DNA of 64,000 nt from Macrostomum lignano (Eukaryota). The stretch spans positions 1 to 64,000 of the forward strand of contig NIVC01003325.1 of NCBI GenBank assembly GCA_002269645.1, written 5' to 3'. Positions 1 to 10,622 of this stretch are shown piece by piece; position 1 is the first letter of the stretch; each line of letters begins with the position of its first letter. The position numbers were made by a program, and so were the translations under genes. Below the pieces are notes generated by a model that was not told where the DNA came from, did not search any database, and saw nothing but the letters and a program-made list of their open reading frames with translations.

Positions 1-666
1 TACTGTACCAGATTGTGACCTGTACTGTACCAGATTGTGACCTGTACTGTACAGATTGTGACCTGTACTGTACCAGATTGTGACCTGTACTGTACCAGAT
101 TGTGACCTGTACTGTACCAGATTGTGACCTGTACTGTACCAGATGTGACCTGTACTGTACCAGATTGTGACCTGTACTGTACCAGATTGTGACCTGTACT
201 GTACAGATTGTGAATGTCTACATGTACCTGTACTGTACCACATTGGAGTTTAGCTGTACTGTACCAGATTAGTCTAGCTGTACTGTACCAGATTGTGACC
301 TGTACTGTACCAGATTGAGTCTAGCTGTACTGTACCAGATTGTGACCTGCTACTTATCACATTTTGGAGTTTAGCTGTAGCTGTACCAGATTAGAGTCTA
401 GTTATACTGTACAAGATTGTGACCTGTACTGTACCAGATTGGAGTCTATCTGTAATGTACCCAGATTTGAGTCTAGCTGTACTGTATCAGATTGGAGTCT
501 AGTTGTACCGTACCAGATTGTTACTGTACTGTACCTAAATTAGGGTCTGTAAGCACTGTACCAGATTAGGAGTCTGTAAGCACTGTATCAGATTAGGGGT
601 CTGTAAGCACTGTACCAGATTAGGGCTGTAAGCACTGTACCAGATTAGGGGTCTGTAAGCACTGTA
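1..666. repeat. 22-bp minisatellite (TACTGTACCAGATTGTGACCTG) grading into a related 27-bp unit
   Basis: Direct inspection. Confidence 0.95.
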
Positions 667-691
667 ACAATCTTCAATTTCCACACCCCAG

Positions 692-3600
692 GTGCCACTA
701 CTGGGCGGTGATCCGTGCCGGTCATTTGTTTTTATTCCGCAACGCCGAGAAGTCTGCAATTTGTCAAAAAGTACCACCTGCTGTGCCATACTAGTAAGCT
801 TCCAATTTGTTTAAACTGTTATGATTTCAGCGGATTTCTCGATCTTGTAGAGAAAATTTATAACTGGGATACATTATGAGATGCTACTATAAGTAGGCTA
901 CACTAAGCAAATATATTACATAATGGAAGGCTTCAGTTCAATGCTAGAAAGAGTGAGACGAAAGATGGCATTTCTCGGGTTGTGCGCAATTCAATTGGCC
1001 TAGCTCTCGCTAGCCCAATGTTCTTAGGGTCGCCCTGGAGGGGCTGTGCCTGATCTAAAAATAACCCTTTTTATTGCTATCCAATCAATTTGGCCCTCGG
1101 CCTTGGGTTAGGGGGGGGGGTGTACCTGGAGTGAGTTGGAGATCTGGACTGCAGTGTGGCTAGAACGGGACTTGAGCCCCCCCCCTGAGGCTGGCCCCGG
1201 GTTAGGGTTCAGGTGCTCCTCCCATTCTGCCATTCTTTGTGTTTTTATCTGGGCTGGCATCCCGTGTTTTTATCCCTTTGTATTTTACCCGACCATTAGA
1301 TTGCCATTCCAAATCTTGGAGTTATGAGCTCTGCCCTACCTGCCCGGTCCATCTGTTGTCTCCTCTGGTTGTCTCCCTGCCTATTGTGTCTTGGCTCTCA
1401 TCTCTGACAGTGGATTGGAGTCCTAGCTGGGCTGGATGTTCGTCCCGAATCGGGGAAAACCGGCTGAGTCCGGTTTCCTCTTGCCCCTTGTGCCCCTCTC
1501 CGCCGCCCCCTTGGCCTGGCCTCCAATATAGAGCTGGATAAGTGATACCCTTGAGGCTTGCAGCCCTATAAGAGGATTTTAGGAGCTTTTACCCCTTGAC
1601 AGGAGACTCGCTCTCGGAAACAAGCCTTCCAGACTCACTCCAATATTAAGCCATTTCCGTAGACTTCAGGATATTCCCTGCTCTCGACCGCTTTCAGTAG
1701 TAACCCAAACATTTTTTATTCCAATTATTTTTTCGCGCACTCCCGAGATCTGTCTGCTGGGTGGTGGCCTGGGTGGAATTTCCTTGCACCGTCCCTGATT
1801 CCACTAATATTGGGTTGGCGGTGTCTTAGTCCATAAGGCTTGGGTTAGTAGCTCCCCTGGCCCAGACGTCAGGGTCCAACCTCGGGGTATCTCGGCTAAG
1901 GCCCCTGGAAGTGCCCCTCAGCGGCAGAGCCCCTCCCAGAGCTGATCCGCGGGTAGCCCCCGCTTCCCACACCCGTTTAACAACAACAGATCTCCTATTA
2001 GCACTCCTATCTCCTATGATGCTGGGGATCTGCGGATAGAGCAGGTGATGCTGGGGATCTGCGGTGGTGATTCTGGGGATCTGCGGGTGGTGATTCTGGG
2101 GATCTGCGGGTGGTGATTCTGGGGATCTGCGGGTGGTGATTCTGGGGATCTGCGGGTGGTGATTCTGGGATCTGTGGATGGAGATGTGATGCTGGAGATC
2201 TGCGGGTGGTGACTCTGGGGATCTGTGGATGGAGGATGCTGGGGATCTGCGGGTGGAGCAGGTGATGCTGGGGATCTGCGGGTGGAGCAGGTGATTTTGG
2301 GGATCTGCGGATGGAGGATGTGATGCTGGGGATCTGCGGATAGAGCAGGTGATGCTGGGGATCTGCGGATAGAGCAGGTGATGCTATGGATCTGTGGATA
2401 GAGCAGGTGATGCTGGGGATCTGTGGATAGAGCAGGTGATGCTGGGGATCTGCGGATAGAGCAGATGATGCTGAGGATTTGTGCATGGAGCAGGTGATGC
2501 TGAGGATTTGTGCATGGAGCAGGTGATGCTGGGGATCTGCGGATAGAGCAGGTGATGCTGGGGATCTGTGGATAGAGCAGGTGATGCTGGGGATCTGCGG
2601 ATAGAGCAGATGATGCTGAGGATTTGTGCATGGAGCAGGTGATGCTGAGGATTTGTGCATGGAGCAGGTGATGCTGGGGATCTGCGGATAGAGCAGGTGA
2701 TGCTGCGGATCTGTGGATAGAGCAGGTGATGCTGAGGATTTGTGCATGGAGCAGGTGATGCTGGGAGCTGTGCATGGAGCAGGTGATGCTGGGGAGCTGT
2801 GCATGGAGCATGCAATTTCACGATGTTTACCGCGAACCGAAAAACTAACCAACCAACCACAGCTTCGACTCGATGGAGAAGCGACACCACAGGCCGAAGG
2901 GCATGCTGTTTTGCCGGCTGCGAGCTCGCACGGACGCCACGGTGTGTCGGCCCGAGTCCAGCGGCGAGCTTGAGCTCGGCTGGACGGACGCGTACAGCTG
3001 GGAGCGGCCCCTGAAGAACAGCGTCGGAGGCCGGGAGGGCAAGTCCGCCGAGCTTGACGAGCTGGCAAGGCGTCGACGCGAAGAAGGTCTGCTGGCCTAC
3101 GCGCAGGTTGATGATCGCGCTGCGCTCGCAGGCCAAAGCCGACGCTCTTGAAGCAGCAGAAGCTGGTGAAAACTCCATTGCCCAAGTCAACGGAGCCTTC
3201 TCTGGAGAAAGCGACAGCGCGGACGTGACAAACTTCGACAGCATGCACGACATTCCGCTGCCGAGGCGAACGCCGAAGGTTTGAAATTATTTGCAGGGAT
3301 TTTGTAGGTAGAGACTCGACCTGATCTCCTTCCAGAATCTTCTCCTTTGTCCACAGATCCCCAGCATCACCTGCTCCATCCACAGATCCCCAGCATCACT
3401 TGCTCCATCCACAGATCCCCAGCATCACATGCTCCATCCACAGATCCGCAGCATCACCTGCTCCATCCACAGATCCTCAGCATCACCTGCTTCATCCACA
3501 GATCCCCAGCATCACATGATCCATCCACAGATCCTCAGCATCACCTGCTGCATCCACAGATCCTCAGCATCACCTGCTGCATCCACAGTTCCCCAGCATC

Positions 3601-5209
3601 ACCTGCTCCATCCACAGATCCTCAGCATCACCTGCTGCATCCACAGATCCTTAGCATCACCTGCTACACCCTATCTCTTATCACCTGATCCTCATCAAAC
3701 CCATCCCTTCTGACGCTGAGCTGGCAAAGCCGCTTGTGTCGCATGCGGTTCTCACGGAGCTGCACCCGCCCCCAAATACCCTCAGAAGTTCCCATTCGCC
3801 AACTTCGGCCTCAAAAAGTCCAAACCGAACTCCTACGAAGAGTCGTTCGGCACGCTACCCAGGCAGATTCCGGACGATCCGCAGCCGAGTTTTGAAACGC
3901 CGGCCGATGAGGCGATCTACGATGACGCCATGGATTCTGGAATGACGGCAGCCTTAGCCAACAGGCAGTCTGAATCGCAGGTGGAAGAGGTCTACGATGA
4001 GGCAACGGAGTCTCCACAACCGTCGGCTGAACTGGCGACCGGCCATGCCGACGAGGACCACTACGAAATTCCAGATGCCACCGACCCACCTGCTGCAAAG
4101 GCCTGGATGACTTCGAACAATGACTCGAGACCTTCACGACCGCAGCAGCCGCTGCCACCGAAGCCTCGATTGCCTGCTGCCGCTACAGCTGCCTCTGGTT
4201 TTGCTTCTGCTTCTGCCGCTGGCGGGCTGGAGAAAATGGTGACCAGCTACCAGCCGATCGACGCGTCAGTGAGATATTTCTATCAGGCCTATCAGAACCC
4301 GGCTGGACAAGCGGCTGAAGCTACTGTGTGAGTCTGATTGGCTGTGTCTGATTAGTAGCTGTGTCTGATTGGCTGTGTCTGATTGGCGGTGTCTAATTAG
4401 CTGTGTCTGATTGGCTGTGTCTGATTGGTAGCTGTGTCTGATTGGCTGTGTCTGATTGGCGGTGTCTAATTGGCTGTGTCTGATTGGCTGTGTCTGATTG
4501 GCGGTGTCTAATTGGCTGTGTCTGATTGGTAGCTGTGTCTGATTGGCTGTGTCTGATTGGCTGTGTCTAATTGGCTGTGTCTGATTGGCTGTGTCTGATT
4601 GGCGGTGTCTAATTGGTTGTGTCTGATTGGCTGTGTCTGATTGGCGGTGTCTAATTGGCTGTGTCTGATTGGCTGTGTCTGATTGGCTGTGTCTCATTGG
4701 TGGCTGTGTCTCATTGGCTGTGTCTGGGATTACGGAACTGACCTAAAAACAGGTCATGTGAGACGTATAGACATCCAGGACACCCAGGTGCCCTCAACAG
4801 TTACTCTAGAGAGCCCGAGATACTAAAACGACCCTCAAATTTCCCAACAGGAAGCTCTACCAAACCCCGCGCGGCACTTTCTGCGTTGTTGGTTTCACAT
4901 CCAGCAAGCCGCTTAAAGTGTTTCTGCTGCTCGTGCAGACTGGCAGACGGGTGGCCACCTATCAGGTGTGCGAGCAGAGCGGCGGGTTCAAGGTGCTGCC
5001 ATCGGAGGAGCGCCACCACAGCATGAGCCAGCTGCTGTACCACCACCACATCTTTGACCTGCCCGTTAGCGATTCCAATCCAGAGACCGGGGTCCGGCTC
5101 CTTAGACCGCTTGACGGCGATGAGTGAGAAGATGGAAGGGCGGAGAAACAGACAGACGGACAGACAGACAGACACACAGGCAGACAGACAGACAGACAGA
5201 CAGACAGGC

Positions 5210-5258
<49 letters not shown>

Positions 5259-5292
5259 CACAGGCAGACAGACAGACAGGCAGGCAGACAGG

Positions 5293-5330
<38 letters not shown>

Positions 5331-5341
5331 GGCAGGCAGGC

Positions 5342-5374
<33 letters not shown>

Positions 5375-5393
5375 GGCAGACAGGCAGACAGGC

Positions 5394-5438
<45 letters not shown>

Positions 5439-5461
5439 GGCAGACAGGCAGACAGACAGGC

Positions 5462-5502
<41 letters not shown>

Positions 5503-5513
5503 GGCAGACAGGC

Positions 5514-5558
<45 letters not shown>

Positions 5559-7079
5559 GGCAGACAGACAGACAGGCAGACAGACAGACAGACAGGCAGA
5601 CAGGGAGACAGACAGACAGGCAGACAGGCAGACAGGCAGACAGGCAGACAGGCAGACAGACACACAGACAGACAGGCAGACAGGCAGACAGGCAGACAGA
5701 CAGACAGGCAGACAGGCAGACAGGCAGACAGGGAGACAGACACACAGACAGACAGACAGACAGGCAGACAGGGAGACAGACAGACAGGCAGACAGACAGG
5801 CAGACAGGCAGACAGACAGACAGGCAGACAGGCAGACAGGCAGACAGGGAGACAGGGAGACAGGCAGACAGGCAGACAGGCAGACAGGCAGACAGGCAGA
5901 CAGACACACAGACAGACAGGCAGACAGGCAGACAGGCAGACAGGGAGACAGACACACAGACAGACAGACAGACAGGCAGACAGGGAGACAGACAGACAGG
6001 CAGACAGGCAGACAGACACACAGACAGACAGGCAGACAGGCAGACAGGCAGACAGGCAGACACACAGAAAGACAGACAGACAGACAGACAGACAGACAGG
6101 CAGACAGACAGACAGACAGGCAGACACACAGACAGACAGAGAGACAGGCAGACAGGGAGACAGACAGACAGGCAGACAGACACACAGACAGACACAGACT
6201 TGCAAGCCTTAATTTCATCACTGCAGAGCCATCAGTTTTCACTGTGCTGCAGCTTGGACCCTGGGCGACCGGGTCCTGTGTCAAAAGTAAGTTTCAAAAT
6301 TCCATTAGCATAAATCATTTAATCTGCCCAGCACCGATAAGCGCTGAAAGATCAAAACCCGCAAATTTCGCAGGCTGTTTGGAGGCGCGCCGAGCGGCAC
6401 ATTTGCCGCCGTGAGCGACGCAGCGACCAATCGCCTGTTCCTGTACGCCTCTCACAATGGCCAGCTCGTTAAGCTGCCCCTGGAGCGCTCGGCTGTGAGT
6501 GACAAAGAGAGTGACAGAATGATAGTGAGAGTGACAAAGAGAGTGACAAAGAGAGTGACAGAATGATAGTGAGAGTGACAAAGAGAGTGACAAAGAGAGT
6601 GACAGAATGATAGTGAGAGTGACAAAGAGAGTGACAGAATGATAGTGAGAGTGACAAAGAGAGTGACAGAATGATAGTGAGAGTGACAATGAGAGTGCCA
6701 GAATGATTTTAGAGTGACAATGAGAGTTGGTGAGACCTGGTTACCCTAGAGTTGCTTCATGCCGTGAATAAGATAGCCTTATAGAGCCAACTGAAATAAT
6801 TGCAGGGCAAGATTTGGGCCGAGCCACTCGTGAAATTCTCTTCACTGGAGGAGCTGCTGGTCCACTATCACCAGCATGAACTGGAGCTGACACTGAATAA
6901 CAGCCAGAGACGCATGGGTCTCCGCCTGACGACCCCCTGTCAGCTGTCCGAGTGAGTCATCAAGTACATGTACATCCTGACGGTTGGAGATGCTCAAGAT
7001 TTTAGATCGAGTCAATAAGTTTATAATATTTTAACACTAGGACAGAATCGAGGTAAAAGTGACAGACAGACACACAGAA

Positions 7080-7124
<45 letters not shown>

Positions 7125-8394
7125 CAAAGACAGACAGGCAGACAGACAGACACTAAGACAGACAGACAGACAGACACTAAGACAGACAGACAGACACTAA
7201 GACAGACAGATAGACAGACACTAAGACAGACAGACAGAGGTAATCTACCCGAATCTACCCGCCAATCAGCGAGGGGGAGGCCTCGGAGGCGGGGTGGGAC
7301 AGGCCGAGGAGTGGGGTCGCTCCCTTAGAGGGTCCGATTGCTTGGAATTTCCGATTAGCTGGGTATTGTGGGGCAAGAGATTCTATTGGTCGAGAAAGCA
7401 TTTAGAAGGGCACCGATTTCCTCGGAATTTCCGAGTTGAGGGGTATGTGAGGAAGGAATTCGATTGGTCGAGAGTCCTGGTGGTCCGAGCATGATTTCGT
7501 TGGTCAACACACCCCGCCTCCAGGGCCTCCCCATCGCTGATTGGCCAGCTAATCAGCAACGTGCACCAGACCGTACCATTTCCTACTACTCCTAATCAAC
7601 CGGATTAGAAAAAGCAATCCGGAAATTTCCGATTTCCCCCTCCAGACAAGTTGAGCGGAACATCAAGCGCTACCTGGGCCAGCAGATCGAGGAGGAGACC
7701 GAAGAGCTCCCGGGCTGCGGGACCCGCGGAGGCAGCGTACTCATCGAGACCAAGAAACTCGGACCCGTCACCGTGCAGAACGAGAGCAGCACCGACCTGT
7801 CGCTGGAGCCCGTGCCAATCCTGCAGGTGAAGCTGTCCAACAGCTACCAGTACAAGGGCCCGATCGATGTCAAATCCAGCGAATATCGCTGCTTCGATGT
7901 AAGCCAATTGTTGATTGCATGCGTTTTTATTAGTTTGAAGCAGGGGCTAGGTGTGCACCCCGGCGAGAGGCATTACTGAGCAGGCACACACTCACACAGG
8001 AGGGCCCCACTTTATTTATCATTAGACATGTACACTTCACTGTGCCATGGGGGCCGGGCCTCAAGGCCGTTAATTGCACGAGCAGAGCCAAGCCGAGATT
8101 CCGATTTAGCCCCAAAATAATTTGACTTCACCTGGAATCGAGACTGAGCTTGCTTGGACATCAGAGCCCCGCGCTTGACCACCGGCCCCCATTAAGCTCA
8201 GGAAGGATGTACAGCAGCTGACTTTCCTGGGGGGGGGGGTTGGCTCTTATGGTGCAATCAAGTCTTAAAAGCAATAAGAAAGCAATTCCCATTTCCAGGA
8301 GACCTTCACAGTCAGACGCAATCCAGAGATGACATTCGACAGTCTGGAGAAGCTCATGCTCTACGTTAGTTCGCATCATCAGAAGTTGCGTTAA
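692..8394 (+). CDS. Multi-exon signalling adaptor: PH-like domain, Tyr/Pro-rich linker, three degenerate SH2-like domains (5' end outside window)
   Basis: Exons 692-793, 2863-3278, ~3721-4327, 4905-5123, 6374-6494, 6806-6951, 7646-7898, 8299-8394 (TAA). Phases of the last five junctions and of the first match. PH-like CHYWAVIRAGHLFLF...ESSGELELGWTDA; YEES/YDDA/YDEA/YEIP motifs; SH2 C-terminal motifs SMSQLLYHH..LRP, FSSLEELLVHY..LTTPC and FDSLEKLMLY. AATAAA at ~8548. Needs a frame change at ~3107-3131 and a 1-nt fix in the C-run at 3769-3773. Confidence 0.75.
2015..2812 (+). repeat. 29-bp minisatellite GATGCTGGGGATCTGCGGATAGAGCAGGT
   Basis: Direct inspection; intronic, ends ~50 nt before exon 2863. 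Confidence 0.95.
3350..3665 (-). repeat. Same 29-bp minisatellite in inverted orientation (CCACAGATCCCCAGCATCACCTGCTCCAT)
   Basis: The unit is the reverse complement of units in 2015-2812. Confidence 0.95.
4330..4726. repeat. 14-bp minisatellite CTGATTGGCTGTGT starting at a splice donor
   Basis: Direct inspection. Confidence 0.95.
5146..6198. repeat. (GACA/GGCA)n compound microsatellite
   Basis: Direct inspection; a shorter GACA array is at ~7060-7237. Confidence 0.95.
6495..6722. repeat. 32-bp minisatellite GTGACAAAGAGAGTGACAGAATGATAGTGAGA starting at a donor
   Basis: Direct inspection. Confidence 0.9.
7261..7545. mobile_element. MITE-like element with ~36-bp imperfect terminal inverted repeats
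   Basis: GCCAATCAGCGAGGGGGAGGCCTCGGAGGCGGGGTG (7261-7296) versus CACCCCGCCTCCAGGGCCTCCCCATCGCTGATTGGC (7510-7545). No target-site duplication seen. Confidence 0.6.
7925..8190 (-). mobile_element. tRNA-derived SINE family A, copy 1 (intronic)
   Basis: The minus strand has an A-box-like TGGTCAAGCGCGG and a B-box-like CTCGATTCCA. The body CTCGGCTTGGCTCTGCTC...GTGTACATG is shared with 9240-9480 and 52345-52540. Confidence 0.6.
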
Positions 8395-9239
8395 AAAGTT
8401 CCCGAAAGGTGTCGTAACTGATTGACTATCACAAGATATTACATTATTGGTAACTTACAGTCTGTACTTTGCTTACCCCAGAGTTGCCTTCCGATAAAGC
8501 AAATTCAATTGATTTTAATTGAGCAAACATTTTCCAACAGCATCTCAATAAAACATACTCGTACTGACTGATTGTTTTCTCTATTTTTATATACTGTAAT
8601 CCGATTTTACTCACCTAATTAGACTTCCTAAACAAAACAGTTCCAAATCTTTCCTCATGTTCACAGTGAAGTCCCACTTGAAGCTATGGTTTGTACGAGT
8701 GCTACAATGTTGTAGTTTAGACTTGCTCTTCTAGCAGTGGCCCTTGGTTTAAAAGTCCATTAGGGAAGGTGGTCAACTTTATTCAAGCATATTGGACCAT
8801 GGACAACAGGTTTATTGATAGAATAGCAAAAACAAAAATGTGTCACTTTCTTGTAGCCAATAGTCGAATTCACGGTCCGCTCCCCAGTTAGACCGGTGTT
8901 TGATGAAACTCCACAAGGTACGCCATCACCTAACACAACCCGGATGTAAGTTCGGAAATTTTGTTTTCTAATGATAGGCAATGATTGGTCACAAACATTT
9001 TTCTTCTGAAACGGGTTCCTAAATGTCTATTAGGGGTCACAGGGTGCATATTTACTCTATGGTTAGAATATGGGGCTTCGGCCCCTCACTTCTAAGCGAC
9101 GCTCTGCCTCTGCACCCCGCTAGCAGCGGGAGATGTCTATGGTAAAAAGCCTACCTAACAACACATTATTATCACCCCTCCTCTTTTTCGAGTTGTTGTC
9201 TATGGCCAAACTAACCAACAGAAGAAGACCAAAAAGGCA

Positions 9240-9480
9240 GGGGCTGTGTGCACCCATAAGCGACATTGTCTCACAACTGGTGAGAGGCATTATTGCCCAT
9301 TCCGCCGACTCCCGCGGATGCGTACGCAGTCATACGCACAGGCAAACCCTCATACAGGAGTGCACAGCGGTCCTAGCTTTATTTATCGTTAGGCATGTAC
9401 ACTTCACTGTGCCTTGGGGTGGGGGTTGGCCTTCAAGGGCGTTAATTGCACGAGCAGAGCCAAGCCGAGATTCCAATTGC
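9240..9480 (-). mobile_element. SINE family A, copy 2 (5'-truncated)
   Basis: Shares CATGTACACTTCACTGTGCC and TTAATTGCACGAGCAGAGCCAAGCCGAGATTCC with copy 1. Confidence 0.6.
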
Positions 9481-10088
9481 AAATGCAAAACATGCATAGA
9501 ATTCACATGCCAGTACATTCAATGTACATTTCGTATTCCAAATATTTCACACTCACTAAGACCATCTTTCATGCGCTATAACCAAGCTAAGAAATTCGGA
9601 CTAATAATATAAACACATAAAACAAGTTTTTTTCGATATAGAATTGCTTAACAATATGACAAAGAGTATCTTTTTTTATTTATTTTTTCTTTCAAATGTA
9701 AACAAAACTGAAATTTATGTATCACTATTGTTTTGACCTTCATTTGTACGCTGTTGGCAACAACAATCAATATGTAGCTGGCATAATGCCGAAGAAAAAA
9801 ACGTCTTTATTCAGCAGAAAAATTGCACTTAGAGAATCTGGACGGATATTAATAAAAGGCCAAAGGCAAAATAAAAAGGTGAAATAAAAGCAGAAAATCT
9901 GGTGACTAGAGATTAGACAAATCATAGTAAAACACGATCGATCACAGGACTACTGCAAAAAGATAAATATTAAAATTTAACGCGGTTTTGTGCAAAAAAG
10001 TACATGTTAAAATTGTTAAAGAAAATAGTCATTGGTATTTTTATCCGGCGAACAAGACTACTTGTCAGTAGCATCACAGTAGTCTCGC

Positions 10089-10297
10089 CTACAGCAGCTG
10101 GCAGGAGCAGCAGGAGTTGCTGGGCTGAGCGGCACCGCCTGCAGGCGGCTGCTTCTGCGGAATGTAAGAGAAACTCGGCGGCAGGTCGAAGCTCGGGCCA
10201 TCGAACAGCATCCTGCGGGTGCAGTGCCGGGCGGCTGTCCGTCTGTCTGTCTGTTTGTCTGTCTTAATGTCTGTCTGTCTGTCTGTCTGTTTGTCTA

Positions 10298-10334
<37 letters not shown>

Positions 10335-10351
10335 GTGTGTCTGTCGGTCTA

Positions 10352-10390
<39 letters not shown>

Positions 10391-10417
10391 GTCTGTGTGT
10401 CTGTCTGTCTTAATGCC

Positions 10418-10462
<45 letters not shown>

Positions 10463-10489
10463 GTCTGTGTGTCTGTCTGTCTTAATGCC

Positions 10490-10526
<37 letters not shown>

Positions 10527-10585
10527 GTCTGTCTGTCTGTCTATCTGTCTGTCTATCTGTCTGTGTGTGTGTCTGTCTTAATGCC

Positions 10586-10622
<37 letters not shown>

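Noticed and set aside
535-789. Minus-strand ORF MAQQVVLFDK...
   Set aside because: It is the antisense of a phase-compatible + strand exon (692-793) and runs into a minisatellite.
1110-1990. GC-rich intronic segment with small hairpins (1444-1480), possibly a solo LTR or other element
   Set aside because: No termini, target-site duplication, second copy or coding similarity recognisable in this window.
5125-5127. TGA stops at 5125 and 6953 as gene ends
   Set aside because: Both overlap GTGAG donors whose phase matches downstream exons that continue SH2-like sequence.
4801-6313. Long ORFs such as SVCL/TDRQ repeats (also at 10.2, 17.6, 21, 22-25, 49.5-52.4, 54, 56.6 and 58.9-60.4 kb)
   Set aside because: They are translations of stop-free tandem repeats inside introns or intergenic DNA, and are open in several frames and on both strands.
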